A stretch of DNA of 63,862 bases, filler included, from 11 parts of 11 records of this genome joined end to end with filler, not necessarily neighbours in it; one strand, 5' to 3'. Positions 1 through 11,872 are shown, counted from the first letter of the whole stretch. The notes: generated from the sequence alone by a model not told the origin. Program-made: numbers and translations.

Positions 1-262
1 CCCCCCCCCCCCCCCCCACACACACGACCGAGTACCTCCAAGCACCGCAAATTGAATGCAGTGTCTGGTAAAACATCGACCAAGAACAAAACCTCGGTCA
101 TTCTGGTGGCTACCCATCCATGGTAGCAGCCTGGGAAAGCCGCGCGGATATTCCTCATACACACCTGCTCACCTGATGCGTGGTCGCCCTATCACGTCGA
201 TCTCTCCCCCCCCCCTCACTTCAAGCCATCAACCTGATCCACACTGTAACGCCCAGCTGCAG

Positions 263-2696
263 GTAATGATCAAGCGGAAGAAGACGGCGCTCCACCTGTA
301 CCAACTGGTGGACAAGCGCAATCGGAAGCGCACCTGGAAGTGCAAGAACGTGGTGCTTGCGATCGGGCTCAGAGTACAGCGGCCACTAGTCGGGCCACTC
401 ACTGTATGCAGGAGGGGTACGAGCCTGATGCTCTCCGGCGGATCAGCAATGTCGTGGGGTACGAGCAGCTGTCCGAGGGCTCGCTCGAAGCGTACCGGGG
501 CAAGACCGTAGCGCTGGTGGGGGCCGGGCACGCTGCACTCGACCTGGCCTGGGCGCTGCTCCCTGTGGCTGCGAAGATCTTGCTACTCTCCCGGAGAGAG
601 ATCAGGTCAGTCCGGGCTGTGCGGGCTCCCATGACCACCCAGCAGCTCCGAGCGGCGTGGGCTGCACTCGACTTGGCTGGCCGCGGACGAACTGGAAGGG
701 TGCGGCTGTCGGGGCTCGGGAGCTGAGCTTCGGGGGCAGGCTGGTGGCGCAAGGAGTGCGGCTGGTCCACGGCCGAGAAAACCGCGGGATCGAGCGTGCC
801 GGGCCGGAGCAGGAGCCTATGGGACCCCGCGGGTTCTACCCTGGGATTGCCCAGGCGGGCGGGCGATACTTGATTGCGCCTCCCGGTACGGCCGGGCTCA
901 CAGAGGTGTGTGGTTTAGTCGAACAGGTGAGCGAGCGGTTTGGCGACAGGTCAACATCAAGCATTATGAAACCTGGCGCCAGCGGACGGCCGATCTTCGG
1001 GTGAAGGGCAAGACAAAGGCCGAGAAACAATTCGTTCAAATACACCCCGAGGTGAGGGCCTGATCTGGCCGATGAGGCGAGCTTGAACAGGTCGGGGCCG
1101 GCTATTTGGCCTGGCAGCAGGGCGGCCGATCTGGGGACTGGGGCTGGCTGGAAGCTGACGCCATCATCCGGTGGGTTGCTCCCCTTGCACTGTTAGCTCC
1201 GAGGGGATGGTTAACCACGACTGCCCGAGGGGCGATGAAGAGGAATTAATTCAGAATCGCTGCATGGTGCAGCCGATGCTGACCCTACGGGGTTGAATAG
1301 GGGTTCAAATCCCCTCCAAGTAAAAACCAGTGCAGCTCGCTACTGCCTGGCAGCCCCACCTCTGAGTTCTTCAAATGGTCTATACATCTGTATGACCCTC
1401 CATGTACATCTGTAGCCCCCTGGGGCCGAGTTGCTAGTGGACGGATTAGAGCGGGTTGCAAGTCCCTAACTAGTGATGCCCCAGGTGCTCGGGCTGGGGC
1501 ATCGACCAATCGATGTGGGAATCGGACCCGGAGCATCCTCTCACAGACGTGCTCCCGAGGTTTGCTCGTGAACTGTCATCCCCAACGGCTCACTTCGAGC
1601 AGGTTGGACGACGCCCACCAGTTCCCTACCCTCTCCCACGACTACTCGCTCATCTCCATGGCCGGAGGCAACTTGCAAAGGCACCGAGCCACCGGGGCCT
1701 TGCCGCTGAGCGCATGCACAGGCTGTTCGCAGCAGGGAGCCTCGCGCACGGGCATGACCGCCAGATCAGCAACGGCGGGCAATCGAGCTGGGTGGCGGCC
1801 TGTCTCACTCAATCTGGTCCAGGTCTGTCGAAGGATTCCGTTACACGATCCGCAGTCTGGACAAATATATGGCGCTGAGGAACAACGAAACCGGTTGGTT
1901 GAATCCCCAACGGTACATTGATTACCCTGGCAGCGCACTGGGCTGGGATGAAGCGCCTCCCGGCGATGGAGCCAATGGTGCTGGCCGATCGAATATTGCA
2001 GCGTCTCAGCGCACCGGAGGGTCTGCGGGCCATGCCTGGTTTCCTGACAGATGTGCTGATTTTTACTACCGCGGAGGACGGTGAAAGCATGCTGATTCAG
2101 TGGCATCACGAGATGCCCGTGATGATGGGGCTGGAAATGAGCAACGCGGAGTGCGCGGCCTCCCTGGGCCTGCGCTCACTGTGTGGCGAGGTTTGTACTC
2201 ACGATCGGGCTGGAACGGCATGACCAGCCGCGGCCCTGGGAGCCGTTGAACTTGCGGCCAACCAAGACTGCCCAGAACGTTCACTGGTCCGCTCCTCTCC
2301 AGCCGGTCATCCGTCACTACCCTCCTGGTGCGCCATCCTGACTGCCCCGCTGACGTGGGCTGCGTAGGATATCCGAATGCCACTCTAGGCTACGGGCCTG
2401 TCTCGATGCATCAAGTGGCGGTGCACGACCATCCTGCGAGTCTAGCCGAGTGGCGGCACCCAAAGCAAGCCTTGCCGCTGGCTGGCTGGCTGCGACCGCT
2501 GCTGGCCGATTTGAAAGAGAAAGTCGCGGCAAGGGTGAAGAAGCGCAAGCGTGTGATGCAGAAGAGGGCAGCGCAAGGGATCAGGAAAGGCGAGTTGAAG
2601 GGAGTGAGAATGCATGATTTGTTCGGCAACGACCCCAAGACTGGAAAGCCCCGGCAAATGAATGATATCATTGACCGGCTTTATGCAAAGTATTAG
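263..2696 (+). CDS. FOXRED2: FOXRED2/ERFAD-like FAD-dependent oxidoreductase, 5'-partial, about 12 introns
   Basis: Manual splicing gives KTVALVGAGHAALDLA (GxGxxA), EADAIIRCSGW, LFAAGSLAHGHDRQISNGGSVEGFRYTIRSL (cf. FOXRED2 SAGGFIHGFRY), LADRILQRL..GFLTDVL, WSAPLQPVIRHY and HPKQALPLAGWL in the FOXRED2 order. Introns include 1171-1484, 1681-1721, 1779-1822 and 2151-2190. Confidence 0.8.
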
Positions 2697-3048
2697 CACC
2701 CGCCAGCTACCTGACAGCCGCAATTCGGTGACCACCTATTAGCTCCAGCCCCGGTATTACACGCTGTACAAATGGCATGCATATGATTGTATGTACGAGT
2801 ATGATTGTACGAATAGTGCTACAGTATAAAGCTTTGATAATCACGCCATCGCATGCCATCGTTCCTCACTCGAGCAGTTCAGCCGCCCCTGCTCGCTGCT
2901 GCAGATGAGTTTGAGGCTGAGGGCAGTGAGGCTGAGGGCAGTAGGAGCTTACTCGATCGTTTGCATTAATTTTACTCGTAGATATATACAATGCTTAATG
3001 CTGAACCTTGCAAACGCAGTGACCAGACTTTAGTGCTGGTATGACGAG

Positions 3049-3770
3049 TCAGGCTGCTTTGAGCTCTCGCTGCACGCGCAAGATGCCGCCGATGAGCCGG
3101 TTTATCTGGCCGAGCCAAATCTGGTCCAAGGCTATGAGGAGCAGCGCGCCCACTAGGGAAGGCACTTTGACCCACGGCTGGAGTTGGTCATACATCGGCA
3201 CGGTATCCCGATCGCCCACCATGGACAGGCGCAGATCGTTGACAAGTATATAGATGAAGAACGGCCCCAGGGGGATGCGCACCAGGATTGTGAGCCACTT
3301 GCCCGTGCGTAGAGCCCACAGATTCAGCATACTGCACCCCTGCCCTTGTGCAGCAATACGTGGGTGAGCTGGTACGCAGGGCCTACAATCTCGCCCAAGA
3401 AGGTAAGGACACAGAGTGCCAGCGTGCGCTCGGAGCCATACAGAAAGTCTATACCATAACCGACGAAGGTCACCACATGGTGAAGCGCATTGGTCAGATC
3501 ATCCTGTTGCACCAGGTTCTTAATTAGATCCGGTATCTGCAGCAGCAAATACCCAAGCACCGCCTCTCGCGCATACGGCAGCTGCACCGGCTCCATCGAC
3601 GCCAATGCCAGCGCATACGGCAGCGCGCATACACCCAACAGCGCCAGCCAGCCCTTCCAGATTGCGAGCAGCACTGCCAGCGGCACCGCCAACCGGCCCA
3701 GCGCTGACGGCCTCCCCTTCAACTTGGCCGCCAGCTGCTCCACTGGCAACCTCCCATGCTCCGCCTGCAT
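3049..3770 (-). CDS. TLC (TRAM/LAG1/CLN8) domain membrane protein with an apparent frameshift near 3335
   Basis: Multiple TM segments with GYLL..D, LHHVV, GEI..P, LVRI and LDQIW motifs, split over two frames (ORFs 3324-3917 and 3049-3330). Confidence 0.65.
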
Positions 3771-3865
3771 CCCCCGCCCCCGTCGCAGCCGCTGTCCAGA
3801 ACGCCGGCAGTGACGGGCAGCAGTTGCCAGTTGGCGGAGGAGTCTGTTGAGATTGCCAAAGCAGC

Positions 3866-4793
3866 ATGGCGACTGACGTCGAGGTGGAGCTTGCCCGGGT
3901 GACGGCCGCGCTCGCAAAAGCCGAGCAGGAGACGGCCGCCATCGCAGCCGACGTGAGCGCTCGCACCGCGGCGGCCGATCAGCGGATCCAGCAGCACTCG
4001 GCCGCGGTGCATTTGCTCAACCACAGACTCCGGATGGCAAGCCAATCGGCCGCTAGCAAGCCGCAGGCCCCGCTACCCGTCGAGTTCCAGGCCGCCCGCG
4101 GGCTGGTGCCGCCCGCCGCTATGGCCAGCGCCCAGACCGGGCAGGTGGCCATGTGGCATAGGGCGGGGCGGGCAGCGGCGGCAGGCTGCCTGAAAAAGGT
4201 TTATGACCAGGCCGCGGCGGCGGGGGACGAGCGAGTGGTGGACGCCGTGGGGCCGTTCCACTGGCCGCAGCTGCGCCAGTGTGACGGGGTGCCCGTGGAG
4301 CCGGCGGCGCTCGAGCGGGCGATGGGAGGCTCGGAGGCCTTGGCGCGGTATGCTGCCATGTGCGAGCGAGAGCACGAGTGCTTCCAGATCGGTGGGCCGG
4401 TGGCCTGGCTGGTGCTGAGCTTGGGGCAGAGGTGCAGCTGGCGGCGGACAAGCTGCGGCACGAGCAAGAGCTCGAGGATCTGCTTGATCAGCTGTGGGCT
4501 GCAGACAGGGTGCTGAGGCCTTGGGCCGAGCGCTCAATGGCGGGGCAGCGGTTGCTGGAGGCGGCCGACGAGGAGAAGGGCGAGGCCGAGGACGAGCTCG
4601 ATCAGGATTCGGAGGGCGAACCGGACCCACCATGCGAGGATCCGGCGGCTGTGGAGCCGGAGCGGCCAGAGGTGATGGAAGCAAGAGAGGCGCTGCAGAA
4701 GGCGAAGGACGAGCTGGCTGCAACGTAAGCCGGCCGGCTGGGCTGACCGTCACATGGGAATGGCAGTGAAGAAGAAATCGCCTCGGGGGGGCA
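3866..4793 (+). CDS. Coiled-coil hypothetical protein, 3'-partial
   Basis: ATG at 3866; GT-AG introns 4392-4429 and 4725-4766 (CTGAG/CTGAC branch motifs) join the frames; open to the contig end. Confidence 0.6.
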
Positions 4794-4893
4794 NNNNNNN
4801 NNNNNNNNNNNNNNNNNNNNNNNNNNNNNNNNNNNNNTTAATTAATTAANNNNNNNNNNNNNNNNNNNNNNNNNNNNNNNNNNNNNNNNNNNN
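4794..4893. other. Artificial contig spacer
   Basis: 44 N + TTAATTAATTAA (stops in all six frames) + 44 N. Confidence 0.99.
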
Positions 4894-6906
4894 AAGGCTC
4901 AGAAGGAGAAGGAGAAAGCTGAAGAAACGCAACCAGGATATGCAAGCACATCTGCAGTTCAAGCAAGAATGACTGGAGGGGAGTCAAGGATACAGTCCAA
5001 GGCTGTGGCTCAGGGGACGGCAGCGGCTGTGGCCAAGGATAAGGCCGAGGCTACAGCGGAGCGAGAGAATACTAGAGGAAAGCGCAGTCGGCCGAGGGCA
5101 CTGCCCAAGGCGCCACCAGTGCGGGTGAAGCTAGTATTGGCAGCCCGACCAAGGAAGGGGCGATCTGGGCCAGTCAAGCGGCAGATGGAAAGCTTTGGTG
5201 AATGGCTGGACTCGGAGGATGGGCAGCAATTCGCAGAGTTGAAAGAGACTTGCCGGGAGTACTATACCAAAGAGAAGGGTGGCAGGAAACGGCGGGAGCA
5301 GGAGAAAAAGATCGAGCAATCATTGGCTGTGCCGGTGATGGAGATGATGATGGGTGAAGACCCCAAGGCGACTCAGGAGGAGAAGATGAAGAAGCGAGCG
5401 GAGGACACCCAGAAGAAGAATGCGTGTGTCAATTACCCGTCCAGGCAAGAGCTGCTCGAGCATTATGGCTGCCGCTGCGGACCGTTTCTGAATCAGCAGG
5501 GAGCAGGACAGACCAAAAAGAAGCCCAACAAGTGGGAGTACCCTAAGCACCCCGACAAGATGGATTGTGCCAAGTTTGTCCGCACAGGCAAGTGCGAGAA
5601 GTTTGAGCAATCGGGTTATTGTCCGTTCAACCACCCGTACAATGGCCCCGCAGCCCCGCTCTCTGGAAAGCTGGTGTGCTCAGCAGTGGCCGAGGACTAT
5701 TACCGTGTCTGGCTGGAGGCGGCCCGGTCTGGCGACAAGGAGCTGCTTGCAGGCATGATTGAGGGCGGGCCAGACCAGCCGGAGATCGACATCAACTGGG
5801 TGGCCGAGCCGGGCACTGGCGGGGTGCAGATGGACCTGCAGGGCAAGAGCGCAGCCTCGATGTGTGCCAAACTGGGACACTGCGACTGCCTCGAGCTACT
5901 GCTAAAGAGCGGCGCCTCTCGTAAGAAATCAAAGCACGAGATTCACTCTCTCCTCTTCTCAGCTGCTACCAACAACAAATCCAAGCACGTCAAGGGTGGC
6001 GCCAAGGATGTCCAAAAGACGCTGGAAATCTGCCTTGCCAACCGGATTCCTGTCACAGAGGTGGACAGCGAGACAGGCCAGACAGTGCTGCACTTTGTAA
6101 TTGACAAGATGAACTTTGGAATTATACCGTTCCTGATCAAACGTGGGGCCGATATTGACAGGCTGGATCAGGACGGCTTCTCACCGTTGCATAAGGCAGC
6201 GGCCAAGGGATCTCTGGAGACCTGCCAGATCCTGCTGACAGCCAAGGCAGAAGTTAATACGCAGGCAACCCAGAAGGATATGTTCCCTTGTCCTGGCTCC
6301 AGCCCGCTCGGCACTGCGTGCAAAAAGGGGGTCAAGTCAGTGGTGCAGTTGCTGCTCAGCCACAAGGCCGTGGTTGACGCCAACGCCGTGGTGAATACGC
6401 TCACACTAACCGACAAGGCCGGGTCCGAGGAGATAATGAAGCTGCTTGACCGGGCCAACACTTCCAAACGGCCGTTGATCATGTCAAAAAACAAGGACAG
6501 ATCGGGCGCGGTACATGTCGCCTGCGCAATAGCCAATGAGGAGAAGGGCCTGGCCGTGCTGACACAAGTGATGGAGCTCAGCGAAGCAGCTGGCAAGACC
6601 AGAGCAGAGACGGTCAACGCGCAGAACCTGCGGGGCGTGTGCGCATTGTCAGTGGCCTGCCGTACCGGGAACTTGGTCACTATCCGTTACCTGCTTACTG
6701 AGTGCGAGGCCAACGCCTGGCTGCAGGATGACCAGGGCAATACTGCACTGCATCATACCGAGAACCTGTTGGAGGGCAGCGACAAAGTGATCGAGCTGGT
6801 TTGCAAGAGGGGCGGTGGCGAGAAGCTGGTCGAGGTGACCAACAAGCTAGGCAACACCCCCATGCTTCCCTCAAAGATGAGCATGGAGGCTTGCAAGATG
6901 CAATGA
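4894..6906 (+). CDS. CCCH-like zinc finger + ankyrin-repeat protein with C-terminal CaaX, probably 5'-partial
   Basis: Frame open from the contig start. CAKFVRTGKCEKFEQSGYCPFNH; ankyrin repeats (GQTVLHF, GFSPLHKAA, GNTALHH); ends CKMQ*. Confidence 0.85.
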   Translation, partial: KAQKEKEKAEETQPGYASTSAVQARMTGGESRIQSKAVAQGTAAAVAKDKAEATAERENTRGKRSRPRALPKAPPVRVKLVLAARPRKGRSGPVKRQMESFGEWLDSEDGQQFAELKETCREYYTKEKGGRKRREQEKKIEQSLAVPVMEMMMGEDPKATQEEKMKKRAEDTQKKNACVNYPSRQELLEHYGCRCGPFLNQQGAGQTKKKPNKWEYPKHPDKMDCAKFVRTGKCEKFEQSGYCPFNHPYNGPAAPLSGKLVCSAVAEDYYRVWLEAARSGDKELLAGMIEGGPDQPEIDINWVAEPGTGGVQMDLQGKSAASMCAKLGHCDCLELLLKSGASRKKSKHEIHSLLFSAATNNKSKHVKGGAKDVQKTLEICLANRIPVTEVDSETGQTVLHFVIDKMNFGIIPFLIKRGADIDRLDQDGFSPLHKAAAKGSLETCQILLTAKAEVNTQATQKDMFPCPGSSPLGTACKKGVKSVVQLLLSHKAVVDANAVVNTLTLTDKAGSEEIMKLLDRANTSKRPLIMSKNKDRSGAVHVACAIANEEKGLAVLTQVMELSEAAGKTRAETVNAQNLRGVCALSVACRTGNLVTIRYLLTECEANAWLQDDQGNTALHHTENLLEGSDKVIELVCKRGGGEKLVEVTNKLGNTPMLPSKMSMEACKMQ

Positions 6907-7779
6907 TTGACTAATCTAGCGTCATGGGCCCATCATGATCATGATGACGCCCTCCCGATCTAGCATCAAAGTGACTACGATTGCTTGCTTTCTGATGGCT
7001 CCTAGTATTCACGGGCATTTAGTGTTACTAGTAATTATATGATATTAAACTACAAAAAGCTAATCAGTCTCGCTTGCCCATATTCCGAGCTAAAACCCAT
7101 GTTTCGAGCTAAAACCTATGTTTTGTATATGTTTTGCACTAGAACAGCCCCTTGCATGTTTTATCAGTCAAACAGGCCAGTTCACACCCATGCAGTGAAA
7201 ATGCGAAAAGCCTGGTGACACTGGACTGTATGCACGACCCATGGAGATCAGCAATGCAAGAGACGGATCGTGCTCGAAGCTGCCCCGGGGTGGGTGGTAT
7301 TAAGTAGCGCCGCTGCACTCGGAGGACGCAACTCGAAGGTGCGCAATTCGGGCTGCCCCGCGGGCCTCTCTGCCTGCTTCGTGGTGCCTTGAGTGGCCGT
7401 CTGGCTGCGGCCGCCCAGCGAGCGATCCCGCCGGCCTTGCCCCTGAGCTGGCGTGCTGATTTGCGCGAGCAAGCTGTGACGAGTGGGGCAGGGCTGACTG
7501 GCTGCTCAAATTCGCTCGAACCAGGTGCCCCCGCCCATCCCACTCAGTGCACCCTCCACGGGGGACGCGACACGTGCCTGTGCCCACGCTAAAGCTGCTC
7601 ACGGGCAGAACCACGGCCACCCTCTCGCCCTACGCGCTGATCTGCTGGCTGACTGACGCAACGGGGGCAGAGGCAAGCCGCACTCTCGAACTGCAGTGAA
7701 CTGCCTGCAGATTGCTTAGTGGAGAACACGCGTATTCACCCCATTTGCCCACGGTTCTGCCGATTCTTTCTCAGCGTGA

Positions 7780-8328
7780 TTGGTAGACCGTGGTCTCTTT
7801 GAGGAGCGAAGGGCGTCAATGCTGCAGGTGCAAAGAGTCTTTGCAAGATCTTTCGGGAGAGCAACCGAATCAGCCGACCGATATTCCGATATTCCATATT
7901 CCAGTCGGAATTTGTGTGTCTCAATCCTCGCAAGATTTTTCTGCAAGCCAGTGCACGAGGCAATGTACGCTGATGCAACGTCCGAACGCGAAGCCCTGGC
8001 TGCCTTAATGCGCAATCAAAACCTGATCGCTGCTCGAGTGACCAAAATGATGGGTGCGGGCATTGCTAGTTGGTTTGCTCAGGCACTTTGGTACTTGCTT
8101 AAGGGAGAAACCCTTAGGAATGCGAGTGGTTTGGTCACATTCCTCGTAGGCTTCGCTATATCAACCTGTGCCGGTATTATTGGCTGGTTACTCACACGGC
8201 AATTATTGCAATGTGGACGCGACGAGGCTGGGCAACATGTGCAATTGCAAGATCTAGAAGTCACTGGAATACAAATGGTGATAGAAACCACAATCGATAC
8301 TGCCGTAGAGATATGTGACAGCAATTAA
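7780..8328 (+). CDS. Hypothetical membrane protein (5' end unclear)
   Basis: 182-aa ORF with two hydrophobic segments, followed by an AT-rich stretch. Composition is atypical and I recognise no family. Confidence 0.3.
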   Translation: MVDRGLFEERRASMLQVQRVFARSFGRATESADRYSDIPYSSRNLCVSILARFFCKPVHEAMYADATSEREALAALMRNQNLIAARVTKMMGAGIASWFAQALWYLLKGETLRNASGLVTFLVGFAISTCAGIIGWLLTRQLLQCGRDEAGQHVQLQDLEVTGIQMVIETTIDTAVEICDSN

Positions 8329-8534
8329 GTACATGCGCGCACTTAAAAGTGTCAAAGTGGTGATCTAAATCTATCTTGTTATTTATTTTTTTAAAAGAGA
8401 GACTTGATCTGGACTACTTATCCTTGGGCAAGGATATATAATCATCTTAACGTAACACATACACACTTGCAAGACTTTAGTCATGGATTCACACTAGTTA
8501 AGTACTATTCAAGGCTATGCACGTGTCATGCAAG

Positions 8535-9595
8535 TCACCCAGAGCGCTGGGGCGGCACCACCGTCGGTGTCGCATTCGGTTGGGGCATGGCTTGCATTTG
8601 GACTGGCGTGTTGCTTGGTTGCGGCTCGCCCTGGACTTGAACCGACAGGCCCCGCGGGTTTGCTGCTAGCCCGGTTGGCTGTGCCGGGGTCATCGCTTGC
8701 TGTTGAGCTGGCGGCGTGATGACCGCCATTCCCGTGTTCGGCTTGCCTGCAGGCCCCTGCCTCAGCAACCCTGCGCGCCGGCACTTGCACTCACCAGCCG
8801 TCCGATTGGTGGCCGTCCGGCGGGCCTGCACTTGCCGCCGGGCAGCCGGATTGGCCTGTGCCGGTTTCTTCTTCCTGTGCATTAGCACCTCTGCCTCGAG
8901 TTGCTCTCGAGTCATGTAAACTATGTCATTCGGATCTGACGGGAACGTGACTGGTATCAGCGGGGCTGCCTCCTCCTCGATCATCAGGTTCCACTGTGGA
9001 GTGTGCGCCGCTACTTTGGCCAGTGAATCCTCCAGCGCTATCATCTTGTCCACTAACTTGTTAACCTCCTCCAGACCAGAATGGAACAAAAGCGAAGTCC
9101 GCGCATACACACTCGCCTGCACTCCCGTCAGCCCATACCCCGCCATCCGAGCGCCTGCCCTATAGTCCAATCATCGCTGTCTGTGTAGTTGCCGTCGTTA
9201 TACTTGTAAAACTCGGGAACCGAATTCACCTCGAATACAAGGTACGGCACTGCTGCGCCCTCCAACGCAGCCGTGCCACAGACCAGCTTGCAGATCGAAT
9301 CTAACGGGTAACGGACCACCTGCTCCGCCCGGTTGGACCAGTGGGCTGGGCTGGCGAGTCACCGCTGTCTTGCCTTTATGCTCTACTAATACCTCAAGCG
9401 CCACAACCTACCGACCGGCGCTGGCCGCAGCCCCGACCGAGGGTCGCCACCTCTTGATGTAGCCGCAGCCAGAGTTTCCACGCAAACGGCACCCGAGCCC
9501 GCCCGCCCTGCCCAGCCCTGATCGCTCGGGCTGTCGGGCGGCGGGCGAACCGACGCGCGGTACTCGGAGCCGATCTCGAGGAAGCGTAGGCTCAT
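8535..9595 (-). CDS. PH-like domain protein resembling the plant/fungal TRF2/HOY1-type family, 4 short introns
   Basis: Spliced product MSLRFLEIGSEYR...VVRYPLDSI...VPEFYK...DDWTIGQASVYARTSLLF resembles the LRIGSW..DFTxGQAS..R pattern, followed by a Q/P-rich tail. One intron (9117-9154) is GC-AG. Confidence 0.5.
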
Positions 9596-9780
9596 CCCGA
9601 GCGGCGGAGCCGACCGCTTCTTATCCACCTCGCGCTTGCTGGTCTGGGGTGGACGGCTCAGAAAGCCCGCGGTGGGGGCACACCTCTGCCGGTTGGCCGG
9701 GGGTTGGCGGTATGGCTGCGGCCGGTCAGACGCGGGGCGGTTGGCACGCACCGGCTGGCTGGGGCGGCCCGATACGGAAG

Positions 9781-10941
9781 ATGACAAGCTTGGACAGTTT
9801 CAGCTTGTCGATGTTCCGCGGGCTCGCCATAGACTGCCTCGGTGAGGCCTTGGGCTCCTCGCCAGCAGCCTGAGCCATCGCCGTTGCTCACACCGAGACG
9901 GCAGGGCAGCCGGCGGCACCCGGGCACGGCTGACAGCGGAGGCGGCGGCGATGGAGCGGGCCAAGCACGAGCACGAGACCGCGGTGCGCTGGCCGTCCGG
10001 CGGGCCTGACTCGTAACGAAGGACTGGCACATCCCGTACTCGAACGACGACACCGCCAGCTCGTTCAATCTGGTGCCGGCAGCAGCGGCGCCCGGGCTGC
10101 AGCTCCGGCCAGGACGCCAAGCTGAAGCGGCGGGCCGAGGCGCTGCCCACTGGCGCCAACAGATGGGCGGCGGCGGCCCAGCAGGCCGCCGCGAAGAAGC
10201 AGCGGGTGATAGACAAGGGCGAGGTGCGCAGCCCGCTGGTGGGCCGGAGCGGCGGTTCAGATATTCGTGTCCAACCTGCCGTTCGAGGCCACCGAGAACT
10301 CGATCGAGAGCTTCTTCAGCAGCTGCGGCTCGGTCCTCAAGGTCCGCGGCCCGCGCGGCTGCTGCTCAGGAATGGCAGGTTAAACTGCTCACCTGGCCCT
10401 CCGGCAAGCTGCAGGGCAAGTGCAACGGGAGAGCCTTTGTCAAGTTCGATGACTTCAGCTCGGTGCCCAAAGCAATGGTGCCCGCCCGCCAGGCTGGGTT
10501 GAGCCGATTCAGGATTTGGCCGGCCAAAACCTCGGCGGCCGCGAGATCGAGGTCAGTTGGCCCCGGGCCGGGCCCAGCTCGGGCTGCAGGTGGAAGGGAA
10601 TCTGGATCCAGACGCGCCGGAGCCGGGGGGGGCGGGCAAGGCGCCGGCTAGCTACGAGGAGAAGGTCAAGGTGGGTGCATTCCGGCCCGCAGCGGGTAAG
10701 CGGCGCGCAGGTGGGGGCAATTAGTTCGGTCTCGGCTGGTCTCAAGGCAGCAAAGAGGGAGGCCAAAAAGGCCAAGAGGGCAAGTGTCGACCAGGGCTGT
10801 GATGGCGAGGCCGCAGTCCCGGCCGACGAACAGGCACGTGAGCCCGCAGCGGCCGAGGCTGCCGCAGTAGCGCTAGATGCTGGTAAGGGTGTAGAGGAGC
10901 CATGCGAAGAAGACCTGCTCGGGTGTGACGATTTGTTCTAA
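9781..10941 (+). CDS. RRM RNA-binding protein, multi-intron
   Basis: IFVSNLPFEATENSIESFFSSCG (RNP2, after intron 10224-10260), GRAFVKF (RNP1) and LGGREIEV, then a basic/acidic tail. Exon boundaries are approximate. Confidence 0.75.
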
Positions 10942-11044
10942 CATAAAGCATTGCTCCATTAGACAGAATATCAGGCCTGCGCATGTAGTCTAGCGTGAGG
11001 GACCGTTAGTTGATTGAGTCGATCTTTTATTTAACATTGTAAAC

Positions 11045-11872
11045 TCATGAGCGTTTGGTGCCTTTGCTCACTGCAATTGCGGCCCCTTCTCTGATGCGGT
11101 TCTTGCCGAGGACTCCAACAAACTGGAAGAGCAACGTGACGTTGAATATCGTGTTGAAGGCCAACGCCTTCTCACCCTCGCACTCGGCCTGTGGTGGCCC
11201 AAACACCAGCCACATGTAGACACCTAGCGACAGGAGCGACACGCTGAATTGTAAGATCTGAAATTGGGTCACAAAGTGCTTCCACGGCGTCGGCAGCTTG
11301 AGCACGGAGCGGAAGTAATAATAGTACATGACTACATGTACCGCCGTATTGAAGACCAGCCCTCCCCACTGCAGCGTCTGGCAGTAGTGGCACCAGCCCC
11401 AAGCCATGAAGATGACCGTCGAATGGTGGTAAACGTGCAGGAAAAAGTGCGGCGGGGGGCGGCCTTTGAGCAGCTGCAGCACAGTGTCCAGCAGCTCGTA
11501 GTACTTGCTCAGGTAGTAGACGTAGCTCCAAAAGTACAGCGGCCCTCGGGCCACCGCCCCGCGCCTTTCGCAGAACATGAAGGTGGACGCCCCGAGCGCG
11601 CCGGCCTCAGGGGACTCGGCGGACCAGCGCCGGACCAGCTCCACGATCGTGCCGACTAGCATCACCAGCGATCCCAGGCAGAGTACAAGGTTGTGCGCCG
11701 CCTGGACCATGCGCATGCCCGGTCCCTGCACCCCAGCCCCGCCCCGGTGACGCTGCATGTACCAGTGTAGCCCGAGCACCACCAGCACGTAGCCGGCGGA
11801 GGCGCACACGGGCACATGGATCGACGAGAGAGGCGCGTCAGCGAAGGAAAACTCACTATACCCGACCGCCAT
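11045..11872 (-). CDS. ELO: ELO/GNS1/SUR4 fatty-acid elongase
   Basis: SKYYELLDT, FLHVYHH, NTAVHVVMYYYY and TQFQILQF motifs. Start taken at MAVGYSEF (11872) because the longer ORF overlaps the divergent gene's start. Confidence 0.95.
   Translation of the reverse strand: MAVGYSEFSFADAPLSSIHVPVCASAGYVLVVLGLHWYMQRHRGGAGVQGPGMRMVQAAHNLVLCLGSLVMLVGTIVELVRRWSAESPEAGALGASTFMFCERRGAVARGPLYFWSYVYYLSKYYELLDTVLQLLKGRPPPHFFLHVYHHSTVIFMAWGWCHYCQTLQWGGLVFNTAVHVVMYYYYFRSVLKLPTPWKHFVTQFQILQFSVSLLSLGVYMWLVFGPPQAECEGEKALAFNTIFNVTLLFQFVGVLGKNRIREGAAIAVSKGTKRS

Noticed and set aside
1-25. Poly-C and CA run
   Set aside because: Low-complexity sequence at the window edge, probably intronic.
1299-1320. tRNA gene
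   Set aside because: The T-arm is present, but I found no matching acceptor stem or anticodon arm. Kept only as a structured-element finding.
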